Shown here piece by piece: positions 9,262-18,962 of a DNA stretch of 62,442 bases (the first letter of the stretch is position 1; every line of letters starts with the position of its first letter). The notes beneath the pieces were generated by a model. The model searched no databases and was not told the origin of the DNA. It saw only the letters and a list, made by a program, of their open reading frames with translations. The DNA comes from an uncultured Micrococcales bacterium (GTDB taxonomy: Bacteria; Actinomycetota; Actinomycetes; Actinomycetales; Microbacteriaceae). Made by a program: the position numbers and the translations under genes. The stretch is from positions 1-62,442 of the forward strand of contig CAIXVE010000082.1 in NCBI GenBank assembly GCA_903922825.1, given 5' to 3'.

Positions 9262-11898
9262 TTGGCGTCAATTATCGACCGTTTACTTCGTGCCGGTGAA
9301 GGCAAGATTCTTGCCAAGCTACGTTCTGTAGTTACCTCAGTGAATGGGCTTGAGCAGGATTTCTCTGCTCTAAGCGATGAGGATCTCCTTCACGAGACTG
9401 CCTCGCTTCGCGAGCGTTATGTTGCCGGTGAAACTCTAGATGATTTATTGCCAGAAGCTTTTGCTGCTGTTCGAGAAGCTGCTAAGCGAACCCTAGGTCA
9501 ACGACACTTTGATGTTCAGCTCATGGGTGGAGCAGCACTTCACTTCGGTAACATCGCTGAAATGCGTACCGGTGAAGGTAAGACTTTGGTGGCAACCCTT
9601 CCTGCTTATTTGAATGCCATTGCAGGTCGCGGTGTTCACGTGATCACAACCAACGATTATTTGGCAAGTTACCAAGGTGAATTGATGGGCCGCGTTTATC
9701 GTGCCTTGGGTATGTCAACAGGAATCATCATTTCTGGTCAGACACCTGAGATTCGTCGCGAACAGTATTTGTGTGATATCACTTATGGAACAAACAATGA
9801 GTTTGGTTTTGATTATCTAAGAGAAAACATGGCTTCATCTTCGGGTGAACTAGTTCAACGCGAACACTTCTTCGCAATTGTTGACGAGGTTGACTCAATT
9901 TTGATTGACGAAGCAAGAACACCTTTGATCATCTCGGGTCCTTCATCAGGTGAAGCTAATCGTTGGTTCACTGAGTTTGCCAAGATAGCTGAGAAACTTC
10001 AGCCGGTTATCGACTATGAAGTTGATGAGAAAAAGCGCACCGTAGGTATCTTGGAGCCTGGTATTTCTCGAGTTGAAGATTACTTAGGTATTTCAAACCT
10101 TTATGAATCAGCTAATACTCCTTTGATTTCATTCTTGAATAACTCAATTAGAGCTAAAGCTCTTTTTAAGAGAGATAAAGACTATGTTGTGATGAACGGT
10201 GAAGTGCTAATCGTAGACGAACACACCGGTCGTATTCTGGATGGTCGCCGTTATAACGAAGGTATTCACCAGGCCATTGAAGCTAAAGAAGGTGTTGCTG
10301 TCAAAGCTGAAAACCAGACTCTAGCTACTGTAACTCTGCAGAACTACTTCAGGATGTATAAAAAGCTTGCCGGTATGACTGGTACTGCAACTACTGAAGC
10401 TGCTGAATTCATGAGCACATACAAGCTCGGTGTTGTTCCTATCCCAACCAACAAGCCGATGATTCGTATTGACCAGCCAGATCTTATTTATAAGAACGAG
10501 CAAGTGAAATTTGCCATGGTGGTTGAAGATATCGCCAAGCGTCACGAGACTGGTCAGCCAATATTGGTTGGAACAACCAGCGTTGAAAAGAGCGAGTATC
10601 TGTCTAAATTGCTGGCTAAGCGCGGTGTTAGACATGAAGTTCTGAATGCTAAGAACCACGCTCGTGAAGCCTCTATCGTGGCTCAAGCGGGTCGTTTAGG
10701 TGCGGTTACGGTCGCTACCAACATGGCTGGCCGTGGAACTGACATCATGCTCGGTGGTAACGCAGAGCACTTGGCTTATGAAGCTTTGGCTAAGAAGGGC
10801 TTTGATTCTGTAGAGAAGCCTGACGAGTATGAGGCGGCTTGGGCAAAGACTTACGAAGAGATCAAAGCTCAGGTTGCAACCGAAGCTGAGAAGGTAATTG
10901 CTGTTGGTGGTTTGTATGTTCTGGGAACGGAGCGTCACGAATCAAGAAGAATCGATAATCAGCTTCGTGGTCGTTCTGGACGTCAAGGTGACGCTGGTGA
11001 ATCAAGATTCTATCTGTCGCTAACCGATGATTTGATGAGACTGTTTAATTCAGGTGCAGCCGCTGCTCTGATGAACAGATCGAATGTTCCTGATGACATG
11101 GCGATTGAATCTGGTTTGGTGAGCAAATCTATTGCATCGGCCCAAGGCCAGGTCGAAGCTCGTAACGCTGAAATCCGTAAAAACGTTTTGAAGTATGACG
11201 ATGTTTTGAATCGTCAACGTGAAGCTATCTATGCTGATCGCCGTCACATTCTCGCAGGAGATGACCTAACCGGTCGTGTTGATAGTTTCCTTGTTGATGC
11301 TGTTGTTGAAATTGTTGAATCAAGCATCCAAGACAATGCTGGTAGCGACTGGGATCTTCAATCGCTTTGGAGTGATTTGAAATCGATTTACCCAATTGGA
11401 CTTTCTATTGAAGAAGTTCTAGCTGAGGCTGGTTCAAGATCGAAGTTGACTAGAGCCTGGTTGACCAAGGAACTTATTTCAGATGCACGCATTGCTTATG
11501 CAAACCGTGCTGCTCAAGTTGGTGAAGTTGCTATGCATGAGCTTGAACGTCGTGTTGTTCTTTCAGTTCTGGATAGAAAATGGCGTGATCACTTGTATGA
11601 GATGGATTACCTAAAAGAAGGTATTGGTCTTCGTGCGATGGCTCAGCGTGATCCTCTGGTTGAATACCAACGTGAGGGATACAACATGTTCAACCAGATG
11701 ATGGGTGCAATCAAGGAAGAATCAATTAGCTTCCTGTTCAACCTAGATGTTCAGGTAGAGAGTCAACCACAAACACCTGCTCCAACTAATCTGACTTTCT
11801 CTGCGCCTAGTGAATCTGGTGAAACGCAAATCTCAGGTCCTGGCATTCAAAAGCCAAAAGCTGAAGAGGGACCGGGCAGCTCGTTCTTCAAGAAGTAG
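9262..11898 (+). CDS. secA: Preprotein translocase ATPase SecA
   Basis: 'EMRTGEGKT', '[21 protein letters not shown]', '[11 protein letters not shown]'; TTG start after GGAG chosen (alternative ATG 9235). Confidence 0.98.
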   Translation: MASIIDRLLRAGEGKILAKLRSVVTSVNGLEQDFSALSDEDLLHETASLRERYVAGETLDDLLPEAFAAVREAAKRTLGQRHFDVQLMGGAALHFGNIAEMRTGEGKTLVATLPAYLNAIAGRGVHVITTNDYLASYQGELMGRVYRALGMSTGIIISGQTPEIRREQYLCDITYGTNNEFGFDYLRENMASSSGELVQREHFFAIVDEVDSILIDEARTPLIISGPSSGEANRWFTEFAKIAEKLQPVIDYEVDEKKRTVGILEPGISRVEDYLGISNLYESANTPLISFLNNSIRAKALFKRDKDYVVMNGEVLIVDEHTGRILDGRRYNEGIHQAIEAKEGVAVKAENQTLATVTLQNYFRMYKKLAGMTGTATTEAAEFMSTYKLGVVPIPTNKPMIRIDQPDLIYKNEQVKFAMVVEDIAKRHETGQPILVGTTSVEKSEYLSKLLAKRGVRHEVLNAKNHAREASIVAQAGRLGAVTVATNMAGRGTDIMLGGNAEHLAYEALAKKGFDSVEKPDEYEAAWAKTYEEIKAQVATEAEKVIAVGGLYVLGTERHESRRIDNQLRGRSGRQGDAGESRFYLSLTDDLMRLFNSGAAAALMNRSNVPDDMAIESGLVSKSIASAQGQVEARNAEIRKNVLKYDDVLNRQREAIYADRRHILAGDDLTGRVDSFLVDAVVEIVESSIQDNAGSDWDLQSLWSDLKSIYPIGLSIEEVLAEAGSRSKLTRAWLTKELISDARIAYANRAAQVGEVAMHELERRVVLSVLDRKWRDHLYEMDYLKEGIGLRAMAQRDPLVEYQREGYNMFNQMMGAIKEESISFLFNLDVQVESQPQTPAPTNLTFSAPSESGETQISGPGIQKPKAEEGPGSSFFKK

Positions 11899-11902
11899 TG
11901 CT

Positions 11903-12337
11903 TTAGAGAACTGCTAGGGTTTTGGCTCTCCAACGGCCGTTATAGCCTTCTAGGCGAATGGCAACTGCTCTTGCTCGGCCTTGGTTGTGAACTATAACTA
12001 CGCCTTCAATCACTCCATCTCTAGGACTAAAAGCGGTTATCTTCCCTATAGCAAGGTTGGGCCTTAGGATCTTGGCTTGACTTTGGGCTCTGGCTCTGCT
12101 GGCCTCTTGAGACTTTTGCCTAAGTTGTTGATAAACCCCATCAGTGAGCCATCTAGCACTTTGTTCAATGTCGCGGATTCCAGCTAAGGTCTCGATGACC
12201 GCTTGAGCAAGGAAGGCTAAGACGGGGCGAGGATCTCCTAGATTGGCACTGCTTTCGAATTGTGTACCAAAATAATCATCCGATTCGATAGGGTTTGAAA
12301 CTTTACGTTTAGAGGTGGCTTTGAGCTGTGGCGACAT
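11903..12337 (-). CDS. Rv3235 family protein
   Basis: 'AVIETLAGIRDIEQ..RW', 'RARAVAIRLEG..GRWRA'; convergent with secA; start at 12337 after AGGA. Confidence 0.85.
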   Translation of the reverse strand: MSPQLKATSKRKVSNPIESDDYFGTQFESSANLGDPRPVLAFLAQAVIETLAGIRDIEQSARWLTDGVYQQLRQKSQEASRARAQSQAKILRPNLAIGKITAFSPRDGVIEGVVIVHNQGRARAVAIRLEGYNGRWRAKTLAVL

Positions 12338-12464
12338 TCCTATTGAACTTCCCCCGGCACGAATAAAATCCAAGATACCGAATATCCATGGCTTAAACCT
12401 AACTGGGAACAGATTTTGTGGATAGTTTTTCATCACGATTCGATAAAGCGACAACACTATAGAA

Positions 12465-12923
12465 ATGAACATCGAAGCAACGCTTGAAGACCTAGAAGCC
12501 CATGGCTATTTTCAATCACTAACTAAACCAACCAGGACAAAATATACTTCGAGAAAAGTTCGAGTGAGTTTTATTGATGAGGATCACAGTTCATTGGTTA
12601 TTAGCGCACCAATCCAGGGCAGAGATTTTATTGCTGGGTTTAGCTCAAACGCTAATTGGCGTATATTTTCTACCGCCATCATTCACTCGGTGGTCTTCCT
12701 TGACGAAGGTGACGAGCTAGATCAAACAGAGCTTTCAGTTGCCAACCTAGTTGAAGAAAAACTTCTAGAAGTTTCCATTCGAATAAGTTTCGAGAGGCAC
12801 CTTCAAGATATAACTGGCGCTCTTTCTTCGTTTGATGGGCAATGGCTCACCATAGGCGCAACTCTTGTTCCATTAGCCTCCGTGAAAAGTATTACTGTGG
12901 AGAACTTGAGCGAACTTTTATGA
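12465..12923 (+). CDS. Hypothetical protein of the Rv3235/SAF/ATPase cluster
   Basis: 152-aa ORF with two repeated beta-rich units ('GRDFI', 'DGQWL'); position in conserved cluster. Confidence 0.6.
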   Translation: MNIEATLEDLEAHGYFQSLTKPTRTKYTSRKVRVSFIDEDHSSLVISAPIQGRDFIAGFSSNANWRIFSTAIIHSVVFLDEGDELDQTELSVANLVEEKLLEVSIRISFERHLQDITGALSSFDGQWLTIGATLVPLASVKSITVENLSELL

Positions 12924-12942
12924 ATTAGACAAACATTGCAGG

Positions 12943-13572
12943 ATGGCAATGTTGATGAGAAAGCGCAACCGGAAAGTTAAGCTCACCAACCGGATAGGTT
13001 CACGACGTAATCGACTGCTGATTATCACCATATTTAGTTTGTTAGTTGCCGCTGTTTGGGTCAGTGGTGTTGGTTCAACTCCCTCAGGGAATAATTTCTT
13101 GATCGCAAGAACCGATCTATCTTCTTACACACAACTCAGCCAAGATAACTCAGACTCGGTGCAAATTGATCTCAAAGACGAAGCACCAAAGTATGTTCAA
13201 TCCAATAGCAAGATGTCCTCATGGTTTCTAGCCAAACCAGTTCGGGCGGGGGAGCTCATTCCAGTCACTTCAGTGATAGCCGAACCAGTTTCTAATTGCA
13301 CAGCCATGAAAATAACTCTTGGAATGAGTTTGAATTCTAATATTCACACAGGAGACCAGCTTGATATTTGGTCTGGTCAAACCAGCTACACACCGAACAG
13401 TATTCCAATTCAGATCGTTTCCAGAGCCGAATTACTAAATGCGAAAACCTCGACCGATGCGCTCAGTCAAAGCGTGCAGACCATTGAGGTCTGCGTTAAT
13501 CAAGCCGAGGTGCGATCGGTCGTGAACGCCATCGCTCAGAAGTTAGTAGTGATAGCGGTCTTAGCCAAATGA
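12943..13572 (+). CDS. SAF-domain, RcpC/CpaB-like membrane protein
   Basis: N-terminal TM, 'LIARTDL', 'KPVRAGELIP', 'GDQLDIW'. Confidence 0.7.
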   Translation: MAMLMRKRNRKVKLTNRIGSRRNRLLIITIFSLLVAAVWVSGVGSTPSGNNFLIARTDLSSYTQLSQDNSDSVQIDLKDEAPKYVQSNSKMSSWFLAKPVRAGELIPVTSVIAEPVSNCTAMKITLGMSLNSNIHTGDQLDIWSGQTSYTPNSIPIQIVSRAELLNAKTSTDALSQSVQTIEVCVNQAEVRSVVNAIAQKLVVIAVLAK

Positions 13573-14498
13573 GTGCAACTTTGACGACCAGAAGAAGGCC
13601 ATCACATCTGGCTGTTGTCAGTGACAGTGAGACTAAACCACAACAAAAATCTCCCTATCCAATCAATGTGATTGCCTGCTGGTCAGGAACCGGTTCTCCG
13701 GGGCGCAGCACAGTGGCTATAAATCTCGCCACTGAACTTGCATTAGCCGGTGAGAAGGTTCTGCTCATGGATTTGGACACCTTGTCGCCTTCGTTGGCGC
13801 TTCATTTAGGTCTGGTGGACACCCCTGCAGGTTTGTCTGCAGTTCTTAGATTGGCTGAACAAGGCAGGCTAAGTTACCAAGAGTTCCAGAGGCTGACCGT
13901 GACTATTTCACTTGGCAGAAACGAACTTGTTTTGCTGCCGGGCTTGGCTAATCCCAATCGCTGGAATGAAGTCACGCCAGAACGCTTGCAGACTCTTCTT
14001 ACCGCTATAGCTGCCTTTGTTGACCATGTGGTTCTCGATCTGCCTGTAGCAGTTCAATCCCAGGCGGCAATGGTTCACCCATCCCTTGCCGAGACACATC
14101 GTGATGTCTTATTGCATGATGTGCTAGCTAAAGCGAGCAAACTGATCCTGGTTACTGGAGCAGACAGTATTGCCGCGAAGCGTTTCCTAGATGCAAGTGA
14201 GGTGCTACTCGAATCTGGAAGCACAATTGAACCCATTGTGGTGGTCAATCGGTTCAGAACAGCTGCGTTAGGTGCAAGTGCGAAAGAGGAGCTCGTTGAA
14301 AGCTTTGAGGCATTAGCCAGACTCAGAGTTGATTGTTTTATCCCCAATGAACCAGAGAACTTTGACCGATGCCTTAAAAACGGATTGCCGCTGGCACTAC
14401 TGAAAAGGTCTTCTGCTGCCCGGAAGGCATTCAGTGACATAGCGAAAATGGTGATGCTGACCTCTCGAAAAAGTCATAGCGTGGCTAAACTTTCTTAG
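13569..14498 (+). CDS. TadZ/CpaE-like (MinD/ParA superfamily) P-loop ATPase
   Basis: Deviant Walker A 'WSGTGSPGRST', 'LLMDLD', 'VVLDL', 'VVVNR'. Confidence 0.78.
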   Translation: MSATLTTRRRPSHLAVVSDSETKPQQKSPYPINVIACWSGTGSPGRSTVAINLATELALAGEKVLLMDLDTLSPSLALHLGLVDTPAGLSAVLRLAEQGRLSYQEFQRLTVTISLGRNELVLLPGLANPNRWNEVTPERLQTLLTAIAAFVDHVVLDLPVAVQSQAAMVHPSLAETHRDVLLHDVLAKASKLILVTGADSIAAKRFLDASEVLLESGSTIEPIVVVNRFRTAALGASAKEELVESFEALARLRVDCFIPNEPENFDRCLKNGLPLALLKRSSAARKAFSDIAKMVMLTSRKSHSVAKLS

Positions 14499-15980
14499 GT
14501 GTCCACACTTTCAGATCTAATGAAGCAACATGGTCAAAGTCACGCGCCTGACATTGAATGGCTTCATGCGCTAGTTGCCGACTGGCAAGTTATTGCGGAT
14601 CTAAGTTTTGCTGACTTGGTGCTTTGGATTCCTGATGGCAAGGGTAGCTTTATTGCAGCGGGACATGCTAGACCTTCAAGTGCTGCAACTGTTTTCTACC
14701 GAGACATCACAGGCAAGCCTGTTGAGAAGGCTTGGGTCAACCTTGTCTCAGAGGCCTATAACACCGGTGAGATAGTTGAATTCGGTCAGTTAGATGAATA
14801 CCAAGGAGTCCCAGCAAGGCTAAGTTCAATTCCTGTCTTCAGAAGATTGAATTTCAAAAGCGGAACAGACATAACTCCTTCACCAATAGCCGTGGTGACT
14901 AAACACACCAACCTAGTTGAAGCGGCTGCACCAAATAAAACTCGAATAAACCTAGCCGGTCTCGGTGACAAACTTCTCGAAATGGTTACCTATGGTAGTT
15001 ATCCAATGTTTTCAGAGCAGAGCGCACCTCGAAGAGGTGCTCCTCGTGTCAACGATGGCCTTTTGCACTTAGATGAAACTGGGGCTGTGGTTTTTTCTTC
15101 ACCGAACGGTATTTCGGCTTTTCATAAGTTGGGTGTTGTTGGTGAAATGGAAGGCCGACGATTAGTTGAGATCACTGACTCGCTAAACAAAGGCAAAACG
15201 AACGTTGATGAGAATTTGCCAATGGTGGTTTCAGGTCGATCTGCTTGGCGAGCGGATATTGAAGGTGCTGGTTCCATTCAATCGGTTAGAGCCATACCTA
15301 TTTTTGATGGGGATGAACACACGGGAGCTATCTTGCTTTGTCGTGATGTCACAGAACTTAGACGTCAAGAACGTGAATTGATAACCAAGGATGCAACTAT
15401 CCGTGAGATTCACCACCGGGTGAAGAACAACCTGCAAACGGTTGCATCGTTGCTTCGAATCCAGGGTAGAAGAAGTAAATCTCCAGAAACCTTAGAAGCA
15501 CTATCTGATGCTGAAAGACGGGTTGCAGCCATTGCTGTGGTTCACGACTCGTTATCTGAAGGCTTAGCCCAAGATGTGAATTTTGACGAAGTGTTCGATC
15601 GGATTATTGCTATGGTGGCTGAATTAGCTGCAGCCTATAACGCTAAGGTAACAAACCTGCGGATTGGTAAATTCGGTCGAATCCCATCAGAGATCGCTAC
15701 ACCGTTAGCAGTAGTGCTAACCGAAATTGTTACCAATGCGTATGAGCATGGATTAGCTAATCGAACGGGACATTTGACCGTAACGGCAACCAGGAAAGCT
15801 AAAAAGCTTATGATTTCCGTTGCTGATGATGGAGTTGGTTTGGCCAAGGACAGAGTTCTTGCTGGTCTTGGAACTCAAATAGTGAAGACACTTGTTGAAG
15901 GTGAACTTAGGGGAAAAATCGAATTCTTGGCAGATAAATCTGCTGGAACAACAGTTACTGTTGAGGTTCCGCTAGCCTAA
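14499..15980 (+). CDS. pdtaS: Cytoplasmic sensor histidine kinase, PdtaS-like
   Basis: 'DWQVIADLSFADLVLW', 'KDATIREIHHRVKNNLQTV', HATPase; adjacent to whiB1. Confidence 0.88.
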   Translation: MSTLSDLMKQHGQSHAPDIEWLHALVADWQVIADLSFADLVLWIPDGKGSFIAAGHARPSSAATVFYRDITGKPVEKAWVNLVSEAYNTGEIVEFGQLDEYQGVPARLSSIPVFRRLNFKSGTDITPSPIAVVTKHTNLVEAAAPNKTRINLAGLGDKLLEMVTYGSYPMFSEQSAPRRGAPRVNDGLLHLDETGAVVFSSPNGISAFHKLGVVGEMEGRRLVEITDSLNKGKTNVDENLPMVVSGRSAWRADIEGAGSIQSVRAIPIFDGDEHTGAILLCRDVTELRRQERELITKDATIREIHHRVKNNLQTVASLLRIQGRRSKSPETLEALSDAERRVAAIAVVHDSLSEGLAQDVNFDEVFDRIIAMVAELAAAYNAKVTNLRIGKFGRIPSEIATPLAVVLTEIVTNAYEHGLANRTGHLTVTATRKAKKLMISVADDGVGLAKDRVLAGLGTQIVKTLVEGELRGKIEFLADKSAGTTVTVEVPLA

Positions 15981-16231
15981 GCTGAACGGCGAGCACGAGC
16001 ATATTTACGCTTTAGCGACTTACGCTCATCTTCTGAAAGTCCACCCCAAACACCATTGTCCTGGTTCTCTTTGATTGCGTATTCAAGACAGTTTGTGGTT
16101 ACTTTGCACTCACGACAAATGCTTTTAGCTTGTTCGATCTGTTCAACTGCAGGGCCTGTGTTTCCCACTGGAAAGAACAGTTCAGGATCTTCTGTTCGGC
16201 AGCGAGCTTCTGTTAGCCATGGCAGTTCCAT
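15977..16231 (-). CDS. whiB1: WhiB1-like Fe-S transcriptional regulator
   Basis: 'C..EDPELFFPVGNTGPA', four Cys, 'GVWGGLSEDER'. Confidence 0.92.
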   Translation of the reverse strand: MELPWLTEARCRTEDPELFFPVGNTGPAVEQIEQAKSICRECKVTTNCLEYAIKENQDNGVWGGLSEDERKSLKRKYARARRSA

Positions 16232-16376
16232 ATATTCATGTTCCTTAGATCGAATCTGGAGTATTTACAGAGCAATTACGTAAATCGGGTCTTTCTGAGT
16301 TTTTAGTTCGCGACCGCGACTAGACAATTTTCCCACAGCGAGCCTGGTTTGTAAATACCCATTTAGGCTTGATGTT

Positions 16377-16763
16377 ATGCCTAAGTTGAATGTTTCACTG
16401 ACCCTGAAAGGTCTCGCTGTCGCCTATCTGCTTGAAGCCGTGGTTCTATACCTTGCCACTGGAGCGACAATTGCAGCCATGATCTCTGGGGCAGCCAAAG
16501 CACCGGTCACAGATTCAGCTTTAGGGGTACTAACCGGTGCTGCAGCAATTTGGCTAACTATGGCTGCCAAGGCCATCACAAAGAATAAGCGTTGGGCTAG
16601 AAGTGCTGGAGTCTTTTGGCAATTAATTCAGCTAACTATTGCCTTAGGAACTTTTGAAGCAAGCATCCTCGGTGGATTACTTATTGCAGTTCCATCTATT
16701 GCCGTGTTACTCACCCTATTCAATAAACAAATAGTGGCAGCCACCCAAGAAAACAGAGATTAG
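16377..16763 (+). CDS. Hypothetical 4-TM membrane protein
   Basis: Hydrophobic ORF with 'RWARS....WQLIQL' motif typical of genes divergent from whiB1. Confidence 0.7.
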   Translation: MPKLNVSLTLKGLAVAYLLEAVVLYLATGATIAAMISGAAKAPVTDSALGVLTGAAAIWLTMAAKAITKNKRWARSAGVFWQLIQLTIALGTFEASILGGLLIAVPSIAVLLTLFNKQIVAATQENRD

Positions 16764-17224
16764 ACCTCTAACAACTTACGCAACATAGCAACGTGACCAG
16801 TGGCTTTCACGTTGTATAGGGCGTGCTCAATCTTGCCGTCCTCAGCAATTACGAAAGTTGAACGAATTAGACCTTCGTAAACCTTCCCATACATGCTCTT
16901 CTCACCAAAAGCACCATAAGCCTTGATGACTTTCATCTCTGGGTCACTTAGAAGATCGAACTTCAAACCTTCTGCTTTACGGAATTTCGTTAGTTTGGCT
17001 GGAGCGTCAGGGGAGACACCCAAAACGACATAGCCAGCTTTCTTCAAGACAGACATGTTCTCTTGGAAATCGCAGGCCTGCTTGGTGCAGCCTGGAGTTG
17101 AAGCTGCTGGGTAGAAATAGACGATAACTTTCTTGCCTTTGAACTCAGCCAAAGATACGAATTCATCGTCTTGGTTCTTTAGTTTGATTGCAGGGGCTTT
17201 AGAGCCAGTAGTTAGTGTTGTCAT
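16760..17224 (-). CDS. bcp: Thioredoxin-dependent thiol peroxidase (BCP)
   Basis: 'YFYPAASTPGCTKQACDF', 'RSTFVI'. Confidence 0.95.
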   Translation of the reverse strand: MTTLTTGSKAPAIKLKNQDDEFVSLAEFKGKKVIVYFYPAASTPGCTKQACDFQENMSVLKKAGYVVLGVSPDAPAKLTKFRKAEGLKFDLLSDPEMKVIKAYGAFGEKSMYGKVYEGLIRSTFVIAEDGKIEHALYNVKATGHVAMLRKLLEV

Positions 17225-17313
17225 GCCTCTAATTTAGTCAAAGTTCACCTAGGTTCAAACTTGGTCTAAGACCAATAAAACTGGTATTCTTAGGAATCGT
17301 TGCCCTAGGCAAT

Positions 17314-17386
17314 GCGCTTCTAGCTCAATAGGCAGAGCAACTGACTCTTAATCAGTGGGTTCCGGGTTCGATTCCCGGGGAGCGCA
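17314..17386 (+). tRNA. tRNA-Lys (CTT), CCA not encoded
   Basis: Acceptor GCGCTTC/GGAGCGC, D arm TAGCTCAATAGGCAGAGC, anticodon arm ACTGA-CT-CTT-AA-TCAGT, T loop GGTTCGATTCC. Confidence 0.96.
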
Positions 17387-17388
17387 CG

Positions 17389-17424
17389 AACCCCGGTTCC
17401 TTCTCACGAGGACCGGGGTTTCTT
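17389..17424 (+). terminator. Intrinsic terminator after tRNA-Lys
   Basis: AACCCCGGTTCCT...AGGACCGGGGTT hairpin followed by TCTT. Confidence 0.7.
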
Positions 17425-17450
17425 ACAAATCTTCTAAGTAAAGGGGAATC

Positions 17451-17720
17451 ATGGTTACCGAGTCTTTCAATCCAACATTATTTCTATCAATCGCCTTACC
17501 ATTTCTCCTTGTTGGTCTGGCAATCCAGTTCTTCATTGCAAGAGCAATAGCGAAATACGCAGCCAAGAAAGGACTGGACTACCAGTTGTTCTTCTGGCTT
17601 TCCTTCCTAGTCAGCTGGCTGATTATGCTCATAGTTGCTTTGGTCTCTGAACCAAAGAATGCAACGCCAACCCCAACGTCAAACTCAGACAGCATCACCA
17701 AAAATTCAGACAACCTGTAA
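17451..17720 (+). CDS. Small hypothetical membrane protein
   Basis: Two TMs with 'A.KKG....FFWLSF' pattern; SD AAGGGG upstream. Confidence 0.65.
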   Translation: MVTESFNPTLFLSIALPFLLVGLAIQFFIARAIAKYAAKKGLDYQLFFWLSFLVSWLIMLIVALVSEPKNATPTPTSNSDSITKNSDNL

Positions 17721-17763
17721 AAGTCTTTTCCGAGCCAATCTTTTGAATTACTCGGCTTGGAAC

Positions 17764-17973
17764 ATGACACTACCAGCGGTCTTCAAAGGCTATCCAAGTA
17801 GTGATGGAATTATCCGACGCCTGCCTGTGAAACTTTCTAAGAAGGTTACTCTAGCTGATTGGGCACTAACACTTTTTGAAACTGACAGTGCTTTCATCGA
17901 GTCTGAAGCGAACGAACTAATTGGCCAATACATTCTTGCCTTCGACCTAATCCGACGAATATTGACCTATTAG
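17764..17973 (+). pseudogene. DUF2087-like gene, C-terminally frameshifted/truncated
   Basis: 'DGIIRRLPVK..KK...FE....ESEANELI....FDLIRRIL' fits the DUF2087 pattern; the expected 'D.G.L' continuation appears in another frame (IDLLGK). Confidence 0.55.
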
Positions 17974-18105
17974 GAAAAACCTTAGGCATAAGTCTTCAAT
18001 TATGCATAATTTGAATCGGCGATCATTAGAAAGCGATTGGTGCCTAATGAAAGTTCATTGGTGATAGGGTTAGAGCCAATAGGCCACTAAGGTTTTTGGG
18101 GGAAA

Positions 18106-18948
18106 ATGAAAATTAAGTTTTTAGTATCTGCTTGTCTGATATTGGGCTCAAGCGCTCAAATGGCGGTGGCAGACGAGGGAAGCTCAGCACTCGAACTTCC
18201 AAATTATTCTGACATTTTGAATTGTGCTGAAACTTCAACTCAAAATACTTCACAAGTGAACCAACCTGACTATTGTCTGGCTGCATCCCCGTTTTATTGG
18301 TACGAGAACGATCCCCATTGGTCTGGCTTCGTAGTCGGTGGTCAGTCTAATCTTTACTCGGAAGTGAAGGCACACATTGTCACGCCTGTTGATCGAAGTG
18401 TTACGTGTGGTGATAGCTACTGGGGTGCATGGGTCGGCATTGGTGGCTACCATACTGAAAGTTTGATTCAGGCGGGTATCACGAATAATCCGCAGGTGGC
18501 TGGGGAATACATTTTCTTTATTGAGTATTTAAATCATGACAACCAAAATCTAGCAATTTATGTACCATCCCAGTCGTTCAAGGCAGGGGTGAACTTATTG
18601 ATTTCAGTCAGCTTCAATCAAACTACCGGAAGAGCCATGTTTTACTTAATGGATTATTCGACTGGCAAGAGTTACACACGGACGACGAATGGCGACGTAT
18701 CCAGCTATTACGACGGATCATCAGCAGAGTGGATAAATGAGAAAAATGGACCAACCTACTTCAACTTCGGGACCTTTAACTGGACTCAAGCTCAGGTCCG
18801 ACTGTTGAACGGCACCTGGGTTGATTTTGGCTCTCAACCTGGTCACGGAATTCAAGTAACTAACTCGAACGGCGATTTACTAAGTTCTCCCCAGTTTTTC
18901 CCAATTACATCATCGTCATTCTCAGATAAGTTCTACCAGTGTTTTTAG
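18106..18948 (+). CDS. Secreted G1-family glutamic peptidase (eqolisin, Peptidase_A4)
   Basis: Signal peptide; 'HWSGFV', 'AWVGIGG', 'LIQAG' (catalytic Gln), 'SAEWINE' (catalytic Glu), 'FGTFNW'. Confidence 0.82.
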   Translation: MKIKFLVSACLILGSSAQMAVADEGSSALELPNYSDILNCAETSTQNTSQVNQPDYCLAASPFYWYENDPHWSGFVVGGQSNLYSEVKAHIVTPVDRSVTCGDSYWGAWVGIGGYHTESLIQAGITNNPQVAGEYIFFIEYLNHDNQNLAIYVPSQSFKAGVNLLISVSFNQTTGRAMFYLMDYSTGKSYTRTTNGDVSSYYDGSSAEWINEKNGPTYFNFGTFNWTQAQVRLLNGTWVDFGSQPGHGIQVTNSNGDLLSSPQFFPITSSSFSDKFYQCF

Positions 18949-18962
18949 GAGGAGGAAAGTTT

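Noticed and set aside
11750-11898. SecA lacking the C-terminal Cys-rich zinc motif
   Set aside because: Common among actinobacterial SecA proteins; gene otherwise intact
14499-15980. Orphan kinase without adjacent regulator
   Set aside because: PdtaS is normally unlinked from PdtaR and adjacent to whiB1
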